DNA of 64,000 bases from an uncultured Elusimicrobia bacterium (GTDB taxonomy: Bacteria; Elusimicrobiota; Elusimicrobia; Elusimicrobiales; UBA9959): positions 833 to 64,832 of the forward strand of contig CAIRNJ010000013.1 in NCBI GenBank assembly GCA_903879915.1, given 5' to 3'. The first letter of the stretch is position 1. Every line of letters starts with the position of its first letter. This document shows, piece by piece, positions 34,033-42,788 of this stretch. The notes below the pieces were generated by a model. That model saw only the letters and a list, made by a program, of their open reading frames with translations. It was not told the DNA's origin and made no database searches. Both the position numbers and the translations under genes were made by a program.

Positions 34033-35477
34033 GCGCCCGCCCCCGGCTCTTTCAGCCTGCGGAAGGAGACCACGTTGCGCAGCAGCTTGTAGGCGCGCGC
34101 CGGAATGTCGGAAAGGAAAGGCCGGTCCCTGGCTATCCGCCAGATACGGCGCGGGTCGAAATAGAAGCCGTAATACGCCCAGCGGTACAGCATGCGGTAG
34201 CGGCGGTCCGGGACCTCGCTGCCGTTGAAAGGCGCGCCGTAATACTCGAAGTCCACGGTCCTGGCTTCGGCCGGCAGCTTCCCCGCCCCGGCGAACATCC
34301 CGTAAAGCCCGGTGTTGCGGAACGGGTTCGGAGTGAAGAAAAGGGCGAGATGCAGCCTGGAAGCGTGGGCGAAGCGTATGGTGGAGCGCATCTCGGCCTC
34401 CGTCTCGGTAGGCAGGCCCAGCATGAAGAAGCCCCGCGTAAAAATGCGCTTTGAGACCAGCAGGTCGATGGCCCGCCCGGCCTTCTCCGGCGAAAGGTTC
34501 TTGTTCAGCAGCTTCTGCAGGCGCTCCGAGGCGGTCTCCACGGCCACCGAGACCTCGCCGGCGCCCACGCGTTTAAGCAGGTCCACCGAGCTTTCGCGCA
34601 GCAGGTCGGCGCGCACCGCGTTCGGGAAGCTGAGCACCGGGCGCAGGTCCCTTTCCAGCAGCAGCCCCAGCATGCGGTCAAAGCGGTCCGGGTCGAAATT
34701 GGCGATATCGTCAAGCACCTCTATATGTCCCGCGCCGAGCTTTTTTATCTCGGCCGCCTCGTCCGCCACGCTCTCCGGAGAGCGGGCGCGGAAGACCTTG
34801 CCGAAGAGCTGGTGACAGAACACGCAGCGGTAGGGGCAGCCCCTGGAGGTGAACATCGTGAGGTAGGGCCTTATGCCCAGGCTGGCCATGCTGGGCCGCG
34901 TCCAGAACTTGCGGTAGTCTATCAGGTCCCACGCGGGGAAAGGCAGCGCGTCCAGGTCCCTTATCGGTTCGCGCGGCGCGGAAAGCTCCACCCCGTTCCC
35001 GCCGCGGAAAGCGACGCCTTTCACGGCGCGCAGCGCCTCCGGGCCGAGCCCGGCCCGCCCCTCTTCGGTCAGAAGCCGCGTCAGCTCGGTGAAGGTCTCC
35101 TCCCCCTCGCCTATAACTGCCGCGTCCACGTTGGGGTCCTTAAGGGCCAGCTCCGGGTCGGCCGAGGGGTAGGGGCCGCCCATGACCACCGGGACGGCCG
35201 GGCCCTCCGCCTTTACCGCCGCGGCCAGGGCGTGCGCGGGGAAAGCTTCGGCCGTCAGCGCGCTTATGCCGGCCACGTCGGGCTTGCATGTCCGCACGGC
35301 GTCGCGCACGGCCCTGAGCGGGTCGGTCTCCAGCGCCGCGTCGATGATGCGCACTTCCGCCCCGAGGCTCTTGCGCAGGCAGGCGGCTATATATAGCAGG
35401 CCCAGCGGCGGGGTGCTGCCGCTGACCTTCGAAGCCACGCTGCGGCTCTTTATAAGAAGTACTGCCGGACGCCTCAT
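34029..35477 (-). CDS. B12-binding-domain (class B) radical SAM protein, subtype B (first gene of the operon)
   Basis: 482 aa; VMGGPYPS; SRGCPYRCVFC; paralogue of 28072-29508. Confidence 0.75.
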   Translation of the reverse strand: MRRPAVLLIKSRSVASKVSGSTPPLGLLYIAACLRKSLGAEVRIIDAALETDPLRAVRDAVRTCKPDVAGISALTAEAFPAHALAAAVKAEGPAVPVVMGGPYPSADPELALKDPNVDAAVIGEGEETFTELTRLLTEEGRAGLGPEALRAVKGVAFRGGNGVELSAPREPIRDLDALPFPAWDLIDYRKFWTRPSMASLGIRPYLTMFTSRGCPYRCVFCHQLFGKVFRARSPESVADEAAEIKKLGAGHIEVLDDIANFDPDRFDRMLGLLLERDLRPVLSFPNAVRADLLRESSVDLLKRVGAGEVSVAVETASERLQKLLNKNLSPEKAGRAIDLLVSKRIFTRGFFMLGLPTETEAEMRSTIRFAHASRLHLALFFTPNPFRNTGLYGMFAGAGKLPAEARTVDFEYYGAPFNGSEVPDRRYRMLYRWAYYGFYFDPRRIWRIARDRPFLSDIPARAYKLLRNVVSFRRLKEPGAGA

Positions 35478-35567
35478 AATACAATAATATAATAATATGA
35501 GCTTTCGGCATAAGGCCTTCTAATAAAGCCGGGCTGCCGCGGCGGCAGGAATTTGTACAATATTTTC
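35478..35567. promoter_or_regulatory. AT-rich divergent promoter region between the B12-rSAM operon and the polyferredoxin gene
   Basis: Only AT-rich stretch for many kb (aatacaataatataataatatga ... ttgtacaatatttt); small hairpin ctgccg-cgg-cggcag at 35534-35548; exact -10/-35 elements not assignable with confidence. Confidence 0.4.
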
Positions 35568-36704
35568 ATGGGAACGCGCTCCGTCCTGCGGACAACGCTG
35601 CTGGCGCTGCCGATGCTGGCGGTCACGGCCGCCGTATTCGCTGGCGGCGGGCTGCCGGCCGCCCCCGCCCGGCTGGCGGCGCTGGCGCTCATCTACGCCG
35701 CCTTCAACGCCGCTTTCATTTTAACGGTACATACCGGCAAGACCGACCGCTGGCGCGCCCCCGTCTATATTTCCTGCGCGTTCCTTTTCGCCGTCTCGTT
35801 CCTGGGCAACCTGCTGGAATTGAGCTCCGCCCCGGGCTACACGGCCGATTTCCTGTTCAAAGACGGGGCGTCCATCTGCCATATCGCCCTGCCGATGCTC
35901 CTTCTCCCGGCCGCTATCACAAGAACGCTGCTCTGGCCGGGCTCCGTTTCCGGCTCTTACGCCTCGGCCGCGTCGGTGCTGGTCGCCTGGCTGGGAGCCT
36001 CGCTGGCCCTGGGCCGCGGCTGGTGCAGCTGGGGCTGCTTTTTCGGGGGATTCGAGGACGGCTTCTCGCGTATCCTGCCGGTCCCGGTCATTAAAGATCC
36101 GCCTAAATGGCTCCTCAACCTCCCGCTGGCCCTGCTGATAATGTTCACGCTGCTTTCGGCCGCCACGCTGTTCCCGGCCTACTGCGTGGCGCTCTGCCCG
36201 TTCAAGACCGTGACCGAGCTGCCGGCCGGGAGTTCTCCGGGAGAGCTGGTCCGCGTCGGGATATACCTCTCGGTCTTCCTTTCCATGGTGGTGGCGCTGC
36301 CGCTGCTGTTGAAGCGGCGCGCGCAGTGCTCTTTCCTCTGCCCGCTCGGAGCGCTGCAGACCGGGGCCAATTTCATAGACCCTTTCGCCGTTAAAGTGGA
36401 CGCCGGAGCCTGCGTCAGATGCGGCGCCTGCGTGAAGGCCTGCCCCGCTTTCGCCATGACCGAAGAAAGCCTGGCCCTGGGCCGGGCCGGCAGGGCCTGC
36501 ATGACATGCGGAAAATGCGCGGATGTCTGTCCCGCCGGCGCCGTATATTTTCACGTGAAAGGGACCCCGGCGGACTCCGGCAGGGAATTGGCGCGCGTGC
36601 TGTTCCTGTACCCTGCTTTCCTTTTTCTGGCGGCCTTTGCCGGCGGAACCTGCGTTGACGGCGCGGCCAGGCTGATAAATCTTTTCGCGGGGAGGCTGTT
36701 CTGA
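35568..36704 (+). CDS. membrane-bound polyferredoxin (NapH/MauN/NosR-like 4Fe-4S protein)
   Basis: 378 aa from ATG 35568 (TTG 35553 possible); multiple TM segments; CSWGCFFGG motif; two ferredoxin motifs CVRCGACVKACP and CMTCGKCADVCP. Confidence 0.65.
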   Translation: MGTRSVLRTTLLALPMLAVTAAVFAGGGLPAAPARLAALALIYAAFNAAFILTVHTGKTDRWRAPVYISCAFLFAVSFLGNLLELSSAPGYTADFLFKDGASICHIALPMLLLPAAITRTLLWPGSVSGSYASAASVLVAWLGASLALGRGWCSWGCFFGGFEDGFSRILPVPVIKDPPKWLLNLPLALLIMFTLLSAATLFPAYCVALCPFKTVTELPAGSSPGELVRVGIYLSVFLSMVVALPLLLKRRAQCSFLCPLGALQTGANFIDPFAVKVDAGACVRCGACVKACPAFAMTEESLALGRAGRACMTCGKCADVCPAGAVYFHVKGTPADSGRELARVLFLYPAFLFLAAFAGGTCVDGAARLINLFAGRLF

Positions 36705-36784
36705 AGCCCCGCCTCAGGACGGTTCTCGGCTACGCCTGGGCCGCGCTGGCCGCGCCCCTGGTCGTTGCCGCGGCGACGCAGGCC

Positions 36785-37165
36785 GTGTTCTTAGGCGGGG
36801 CGCTGGCAGGCCGTACCGGCGTTAAGGTCTCGCCGCGCTTCACCGGCGGGGAAGTGGCCCGGGTGAAGGACCACGGCGCCTACAGGACCAGCGTGCACCG
36901 CCCGGTCTTCTACGGGCTGTTCGGCGAGAGGCGCGAGGGGTTCGTGCAGGTGGACTGGGAGCCGGTCACCGCGCTGCCGGAAAGCATACGCGAGGAAATA
37001 GACGTTTTCGGGGACGGGGCGTCCGGTTTCTATATCTCGCTTAACACCGCCGACGGCAGGGCCGGGTACGAGAACAAGCCGCCCGGCGTGAGAGGGAACC
37101 CCAAGCCGGCGCGGCTGCGGTCCGGCTGGGCCATACGCATAAAGGTCAGGAATCCCGGGAAATAG
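36785..37165 (+). CDS. hypothetical protein (start uncertain)
   Basis: 126-aa ORF from GTG 36785; the same frame is open from 36659 and encodes a signal/TM-like KPRLRTVLGYAWAALAAPLVVAAATQA with only a CTG (36701) as possible start. Confidence 0.3.
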   Translation: MFLGGALAGRTGVKVSPRFTGGEVARVKDHGAYRTSVHRPVFYGLFGERREGFVQVDWEPVTALPESIREEIDVFGDGASGFYISLNTADGRAGYENKPPGVRGNPKPARLRSGWAIRIKVRNPGK

Positions 37166-37172
37166 CGCCCGT

Positions 37173-37934
37173 TTATTGGATCGCTTCAAGCGCGTTCTTT
37201 TGCTGCTCCCGGAGCAGCTTTTCGCTCCGCTTCGTTTCCTCGTCTTTCTTCTGCTCCAGCGCGCGAGCGACGCCGCTTTTAAATTCCCCGAAGATATCCG
37301 CGCCCAGGTAGGTGATCTCGTAATTTATCTCCGGCTCCGTCCCGGGGTACAGCTTTTCCGTACCCAGGATAATTACGGTTTTCTTTTTCTCCCACAGCTC
37401 CAGGTTATAGGAGCCGATCACCGTGTTTTCGACGGGATCGGTATTCTCGAACGAGAGAGAGCGCGAACTGCCGCCATGGATGGATATTATCTTCTGCCTG
37501 TAGTCCGAGACCGGCAGGATCTTGTCCAGTGTTCCGGTATAGGCGAAGAACCGGCCTTTGTAAAAGCCGAATACCGCGTCCTGCGGCCCGTTGGAAAACC
37601 ATTCCATATCGCCGCCCAGCAGCTCGTCGGGGTCGGACTCGGAAAGACCGGACAGGCGCAGGATCTCCCACGGCATCTCCATAATCGAATGGGACGGTTC
37701 CGAACGCGCGAAATCCACATGCAGACCGGCTTTGACCTGGTCTTTTGACATTCCCCAGGCGGCCTGTTTATACCCGTTCAATTCCGGCCCGGCAGCGGCT
37801 TTATCCTTCACCGGCTGAGCGGCGCCGCCCGCGGCCCCGACGACAGGGCCTGTTGAAGTCCCCTGCGCGTCCGCTATAGCCGGAGGAACGCTGAGAATGA
37901 ACAGAATGAATACCGCTTTGAATGAACCGGACAT
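37173..37934 (-). CDS. hypothetical exported protein
   Basis: 253 aa; AGGAGG 5 nt upstream of ATG; signal peptide MSGSFKAVFILFILSVPPAIADA; ordinary amino-acid composition. Confidence 0.55.
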   Translation of the reverse strand: MSGSFKAVFILFILSVPPAIADAQGTSTGPVVGAAGGAAQPVKDKAAAGPELNGYKQAAWGMSKDQVKAGLHVDFARSEPSHSIMEMPWEILRLSGLSESDPDELLGGDMEWFSNGPQDAVFGFYKGRFFAYTGTLDKILPVSDYRQKIISIHGGSSRSLSFENTDPVENTVIGSYNLELWEKKKTVIILGTEKLYPGTEPEINYEITYLGADIFGEFKSGVARALEQKKDEETKRSEKLLREQQKNALEAIQ

Positions 37935-38040
37935 GCCGCCTCCTGACCTTCACTTTGCCAACGACTCGCCTGATCGTGCGAATAATTACCGGAACTGCCG
38001 CGCCTGAAGCCTGTCCTGCCGTCTGACCGCTGCCCCGCGG

Positions 38041-39072
38041 TCAGAAATAAACGGGGCCGGGCCCGAGCGGGACGGGCCTGGACTTAAGGGGTTTGAATTC
38101 GGCCGCGCCGTAAAGCGCGAAATATTCCTTCTCGAAGCCGGCGCAGGCGCGGTTATAGACGCAGGCGCGGCAGGACGGGCCTTTCATGCGCAGATTTTCG
38201 GTTATCATGTGGTACATCCTGTCGCGGTGCGCCGCCCCGGGAAGGAACAGGTCGTCGTCCAGCTCGGGGTATTTCCAGTCGCTCATCACGTTCTCCCGGC
38301 CCGGCAGCAGGCAGGGCAGGTAATTGCTGAGCAGGTTGAACGCGGGCCGGGCGACGCTGCCGTAGAACGCGCGCAGCGCGGCCTCGACGTATGGAAGCTG
38401 TTCTTTATAGGCTATCCGCAGCCGCGACCTGTTCTTATAAGCGGCGCCGATGTAATGCGTGGAAATTATATGGCAGGAATCCACCCCGAAATTCCCGGTG
38501 ACGAACCTGGTCAGGCGCGGCAGGTTCTTATAGTTAATGCCGGTCACCGCCGTGCCGGTATTAAGATAAACTCCGCTGCGCAGCAGGTTTTCTGCGGCCC
38601 GCAGGGTTTTCCTGAACGACCCTTTTATCCCGGTTATGGAATCGTGCAGGGCGGCGCTGTCGCCGTGTATGGAAAGCAGCGCCGTGTTAAGGCCCGCGCC
38701 GGCCAGCTCCCGCGCGTAGTCCGGGTCGGACAGGCGCAGGCCGTTGGAAACTATCTGTATGGCGGGATACCCGATCTTGGCCGCCAGCCGTATGAGCCTG
38801 GGAAGGCCTTCATAGATGGTCGGCTCCCCGCCGATGAACTGCACCATGCGCGCGCCGGTCTTATAGGAGGACAGCAGGTAGCCGGCCGCCTTCTTAAGGT
38901 CCAGGCCTTCCTTGTCCTTCCAGGCGTCCAGGTCCGGGGAGCTGTAGCAGAAAACGCAGCGCGCGTTGCAGGCGAAGCTCAGCGTCAGCTCGCACACCTT
39001 CATGCGGCTCAAAGGCCAGCCGAATTTCCGGGCGGCGGTCCCGATATCCATGCTTTTAACGGCTGAGCTCAT
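38041..39072 (-). CDS. radical SAM protein, HxsC-like (fam1), downstream of an HxsB-like gene
   Basis: 343 aa; CNARCVFC; FIGGEPT; SIHG; tail CRACVYNRACAGFEKEYFALYGAAEFKPLK. Confidence 0.7.
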   Translation of the reverse strand: MSSAVKSMDIGTAARKFGWPLSRMKVCELTLSFACNARCVFCYSSPDLDAWKDKEGLDLKKAAGYLLSSYKTGARMVQFIGGEPTIYEGLPRLIRLAAKIGYPAIQIVSNGLRLSDPDYARELAGAGLNTALLSIHGDSAALHDSITGIKGSFRKTLRAAENLLRSGVYLNTGTAVTGINYKNLPRLTRFVTGNFGVDSCHIISTHYIGAAYKNRSRLRIAYKEQLPYVEAALRAFYGSVARPAFNLLSNYLPCLLPGRENVMSDWKYPELDDDLFLPGAAHRDRMYHMITENLRMKGPSCRACVYNRACAGFEKEYFALYGAAEFKPLKSRPVPLGPGPVYF

Positions 39073-39084
39073 GGTCAGATTCTA

Positions 39085-40494
39085 TCATAATCCCTCTGCC
39101 AGCCATTTCCTGAAAACACGGCGCCGGCGCGGCTGCCGCCGGCCCTCCGCGAGCAGCCGGAACACGCCCTTGAAAACGGCGCAGCGCTGGCTTGACGCCA
39201 TATCTCCCCAGAAGGAGCCCTGGGCGGCGTAATTGTAGACGGGGGAAACCCTGCAGTATGGGCTGAAGGCGCAGCGCGCGCAGGCGGGCTGCGTAAGCTC
39301 CGGAAAACAGGACAGCAGCAGCGCCCTGGCCAGCGGACGGCCCAGCACGTCCCGGAAAGTATCGCGCCCGGCCGTGCCCAGCCTGAAGAACTCGTCGCCC
39401 CCGCCGGCCAGCATCCGTCCTTCGTCGGAGCCGTAAATCCCCCCGTCCCAGTTGTAAGCCAGGCGGAAGGCAAGGTCCAGGTTCCTTGAAGAAGGCCGCC
39501 GGCCGCTCTCCGTTTCCCGCAGGAAGCCCAGCGCGCCCTTCTCGTAGACGGCCCGGCCGGTCCTGATAGTGAGCGTCTCCATCCGGGCCAGCGCGCGGGC
39601 GTAGAATTTCAGGAATTCCCCGGAAGTATAACCCAGCCGGTCCCAGCCGGCCCGGGCCCGGCCCAGCGGGTCCAGCGGCCCCAGCTGCACGCGGTCTATG
39701 CCGTTGGCCGCGAACTCGTCCACTATCTCCTCCGGGCGGGAAAGGGCGGCGCGGGTAACGGTGCAGATGGCGTTAGGCGGTTCTGTCTCCGGGTGTTTTT
39801 TCCGGTAATCGTTTATCCGGCCCAGCCATTTGACCGCGGCGGCGTGGGCGCCGCGGCCCCTGTTGGCGTCGTGGAGGTCGCGCGGCCCGTCCAAAGAAGT
39901 GCATACCGTGACGCGGTGTTCCATGAGGAAGCGGAACTTGGCCTCGTCCATGGAGGCCAGGTTGGTGACGACGGAAAAACGGACCTCCCGGCCGGTCCGG
40001 GCCGCCAGGGCGGAAGCGCCTTCCACGGCGGCCTTCAGCGCGCCGAAGTTAAGCAGCGGCTCGCCGCCCTGGAATTCCAGCACCAGGCGCGGTACGTCTA
40101 TCGAGAAGATAAAATCGAGCACGCGGCGCACCGTGGCGGGCTTCATGCTGCCGAGGTTCGACCGGGAATTGGAGGCGGCCGAGCAGTAAGAGCAGGCAAG
40201 GCCGCAATGGCCCGTAAGCGTGAGTATGTGCACGTACGGCCCGCGCCAGCCGGCCAGGAACCTGGCGCGCAGCGCGGAGTCCAGCGCCGCCAGGTCCAGG
40301 CGGCCGCGCAGGAACCCCGCCCGCGCCAGTCCGGCGGACGCGGGGCCTGGCCGGCCCGCGAGCAGGGCCGCCAGCCCGGCGCCGGACACGTCCGAGCAAT
40401 TGCCGGCCAGGCCGGAAATAAAAACGCCGCCAGGCAGCCGCTCGAAATTGAGGTCGAAAAGCGGGCCGGCGGCCGGTCTTTGCGGCATGCTCAA
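39085..40494 (-). CDS. HxsB-like radical SAM/SPASM maturase
   Basis: 469 aa; LFDLNFERLPGGVFIS extension; LTLTGHCGLACSYC; EFQGGEPLLN; CARCAFSPYCRVSPVYNY. Confidence 0.7.
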   Translation of the reverse strand: MSMPQRPAAGPLFDLNFERLPGGVFISGLAGNCSDVSGAGLAALLAGRPGPASAGLARAGFLRGRLDLAALDSALRARFLAGWRGPYVHILTLTGHCGLACSYCSAASNSRSNLGSMKPATVRRVLDFIFSIDVPRLVLEFQGGEPLLNFGALKAAVEGASALAARTGREVRFSVVTNLASMDEAKFRFLMEHRVTVCTSLDGPRDLHDANRGRGAHAAAVKWLGRINDYRKKHPETEPPNAICTVTRAALSRPEEIVDEFAANGIDRVQLGPLDPLGRARAGWDRLGYTSGEFLKFYARALARMETLTIRTGRAVYEKGALGFLRETESGRRPSSRNLDLAFRLAYNWDGGIYGSDEGRMLAGGGDEFFRLGTAGRDTFRDVLGRPLARALLLSCFPELTQPACARCAFSPYCRVSPVYNYAAQGSFWGDMASSQRCAVFKGVFRLLAEGRRQPRRRRVFRKWLAEGL

Positions 40495-41567
40495 ATGCCC
40501 CCTCTTTTAAAAAGTTTTATCAGCAGCCTGAGGTAGTCCCGGATCGGGCCCTCGCAGGAGGAGCGCGCGACAAGGCCGCGCGCCGCCTCCAGGCAGATGT
40601 CAGTGCGCAGGCGGTAAGCCCGGCTTCCGCCTTCAAGCCCCGGCAGCCGGTAATAGCCGGCGACGCAGCCCGAGCAGGCGGCCGAGCCCGGATCGGGCCG
40701 GCAATCCCGGAACCGCGGGATCAGGCCGCTTTCAACGGAGCCGACCGATATTTTTTTTCGCTGCGCGGGAGTTTTGACGAACGGGTAAGGATAGAGGGAC
40801 AGCGTCCCGTCCGGATACATCTCGAGGTCCCGCAGGAACGGGCAGAACGAGCGGCTTTTATCGCAGAACAGCTCCATGAGCGGTTCCAGTACGATAAAAT
40901 CTCCGGCGGCCGCTTTTTCGGCGGTGAAAGCGGTTATGCCCCTCATAGCGCGGCCGAACGCGGAGTAGTCCCGTTCCCGCCACGGGAAGCCGTGCACGCA
41001 CTCTATGCCGATATTGCGGAACCCCAGCGCTACCAGGCGCTTAAAATCCCCCAGCGCCGAAGCCGCGCGCAGCGGGTGCACGCAGAAGATAACGTGCAGG
41101 CCGAGGCCCGGGACCGACAGCAGCAGCGGGAGCTTCTTTTCAAGCGCCGGGAAAGCGCCCCGCCCGGACGGCAAGCGGCGCGTAAGGTCGTTCGTCTTCC
41201 TGCCGCCGGAAAAACTGACGGAGAACCTTATCCCGTTCTCCGCCATATACTCGAGGTGCCGCCGCTCGGCAAGCATGCCGTTGCTGGCCACTGAGACCGC
41301 CAGGTCTTTCCCGAGCCTGCGGGCCGCCGCGCGCGCCGCGGTTATTATTTTTTTTACCAGAGCGAACTCCATAAGGGGTTCGCCGCCGTAAATTTCCAGG
41401 GTTTTGCTGGCGCCCGGAGAACGCAGGAAGGCGTCCGCCGCCCTCAGCGCGGCGGCCAACGGGATGGTCTCGTCGCGGCTCTTGTCTATAAAGCAGTGAG
41501 TGCAGCGCAGGCAGCAGCGCGACGTGACGGCGATCTTGAATTTTGCTATTTCCTTGTTGAACTTCAT
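40491..41567 (-). CDS. radical SAM protein, anSME-like (fam2)
   Basis: 358 aa; SRCCLRCTHC; IYGGEPL; C-terminal Cys-rich region (CPFLRDLEMYPDGTLSLYPYP...CSGC). Confidence 0.65.
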   Translation of the reverse strand: MKFNKEIAKFKIAVTSRCCLRCTHCFIDKSRDETIPLAAALRAADAFLRSPGASKTLEIYGGEPLMEFALVKKIITAARAAARRLGKDLAVSVASNGMLAERRHLEYMAENGIRFSVSFSGGRKTNDLTRRLPSGRGAFPALEKKLPLLLSVPGLGLHVIFCVHPLRAASALGDFKRLVALGFRNIGIECVHGFPWRERDYSAFGRAMRGITAFTAEKAAAGDFIVLEPLMELFCDKSRSFCPFLRDLEMYPDGTLSLYPYPFVKTPAQRKKISVGSVESGLIPRFRDCRPDPGSAACSGCVAGYYRLPGLEGGSRAYRLRTDICLEAARGLVARSSCEGPIRDYLRLLIKLFKRGGI

Positions 41568-42694
41568 TTTTTTCGGCGGGAATCCCGGCTTTTCCCGGCC
41601 AGCTGCGCGGCGCTCCCGTTCCCGAACAGGGTCCTTATCCGGAAGGCACCGGGGGCGCGCTTAAGCGGCTTGAATTCCCCGCCGCCCATCAGCGCCAGGT
41701 ACTCCCTGTCGAAGCCGCGGCACCGCGCGCCGAGCGCGCACCCGGCGCAGCGCGGAGTTTTGGCGCTCTGGGCGTTCTTCATCTCCGCCATGTTGACCGT
41801 GATCCCGTCCGCCGGCATCAGCGGGTCCGCGCCGCGGGTGTCCGACTCCCAGTCCGCCAGCAGGTTCATGTACCCGGGCAACAGGCAGGGCGTAAAATTC
41901 ACCAGCAGGCGGGACAGAGCGGGGAACCCGGAGCGTTCCAGCGTCTCAAGGCCTTTCTTTATGGCCGGCAGCGTGCGCGAGATCTTTACTTTGAGCATGT
42001 CTTTATTGGCGGCCATGACGCCGCGGTAATGCCCGTATATGATGTTGTAATAGTTGATACCCAGTCCGTTGTAGGCGAAACGGAAGAACTCCGGGAAATG
42101 CCGGTAGTTCAGCGCGTTGATCACCTGATTGGTGCCGGCTTCGCAGCCGAGCCGCCTGACGTTTTTCACCGCGCGCACGGCAAGGTCGAAAGCGCCAGGC
42201 ACCCCCACCAGCCTGTCGTGCAGCGCTGCCTCGTGGCCGTGCAGGGAGATGTCGAACATGTTGAAGCCGGCCTCGGCCAGCCCGGCGGCATAGGCGGGGT
42301 CGGCCAGTTTCGCCCCGTTGGTGCAGAGCTTGACGCAGGCGTAGCCGGCCTTGCGGGCGAAAGCGGCTATCTTGCGGATGTCGCCGCGCAGCGTCGGTTC
42401 GCCGCCTATGACGGCGGCTATCCAGCAGCCCTGCCGGCGCCCGCGGTAAAGCGCCCTGAAGACCGCTTCGAGCCCGGGTTCCGGGCCGCCGGGGCCGAAA
42501 GAGCCGGGCTCGCTGTAGCAGAAAAGGCACTTATTATTGCAGGCGGAATTTATCGTGACCTCGCAGACCCTGGCCTTAAGACTGACCGGCCACCTGATAT
42601 TGGCGAGGCGCGCGGCCAGCGCGGCCCTGTCCAGACCGGGCATTTTGCCCAGCGCGTATTCAAGATTTTTTTCCAGGAAAGGATTCATCAGCAT
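41564..42694 (-). CDS. radical SAM protein (fam1), first gene of module B
   Basis: 376 aa; CNNKCLFC; VIGGEPT; SLHG; tail CAGCALGARCRGFDREYLALMGGGEFKPLK. Confidence 0.7.
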   Translation of the reverse strand: MLMNPFLEKNLEYALGKMPGLDRAALAARLANIRWPVSLKARVCEVTINSACNNKCLFCYSEPGSFGPGGPEPGLEAVFRALYRGRRQGCWIAAVIGGEPTLRGDIRKIAAFARKAGYACVKLCTNGAKLADPAYAAGLAEAGFNMFDISLHGHEAALHDRLVGVPGAFDLAVRAVKNVRRLGCEAGTNQVINALNYRHFPEFFRFAYNGLGINYYNIIYGHYRGVMAANKDMLKVKISRTLPAIKKGLETLERSGFPALSRLLVNFTPCLLPGYMNLLADWESDTRGADPLMPADGITVNMAEMKNAQSAKTPRCAGCALGARCRGFDREYLALMGGGEFKPLKRAPGAFRIRTLFGNGSAAQLAGKSRDSRRKK

Positions 42695-42788
42695 AGTCGG
42701 CGAAATTTGAACATATGACCGGCTCTCCCAGAACCCGCGCTTACGGGGCTGGAGAGATTAATTATTATATAATTTACGGCGTAAGCAC
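42695..42788. promoter_or_regulatory. divergent promoter region (module B vs HemN-like gene)
   Basis: 94-bp gap containing an AT-rich block gagattaattattatataatttacgg immediately upstream of ATG 42789. Confidence 0.35.

Noticed and set aside
23645-34092. Series of long plus-strand ORFs (23645-25426, 25791-26648, 26672-28105, 28381-29562, 29847-30938, 30980-32746, 32815-34092)
   Set aside because: All are antisense to minus-strand genes with B12/rSAM/SPASM/PP-loop motifs. They carry no motifs of their own and have a His/Arg/Gly/Ala-rich shadow composition.
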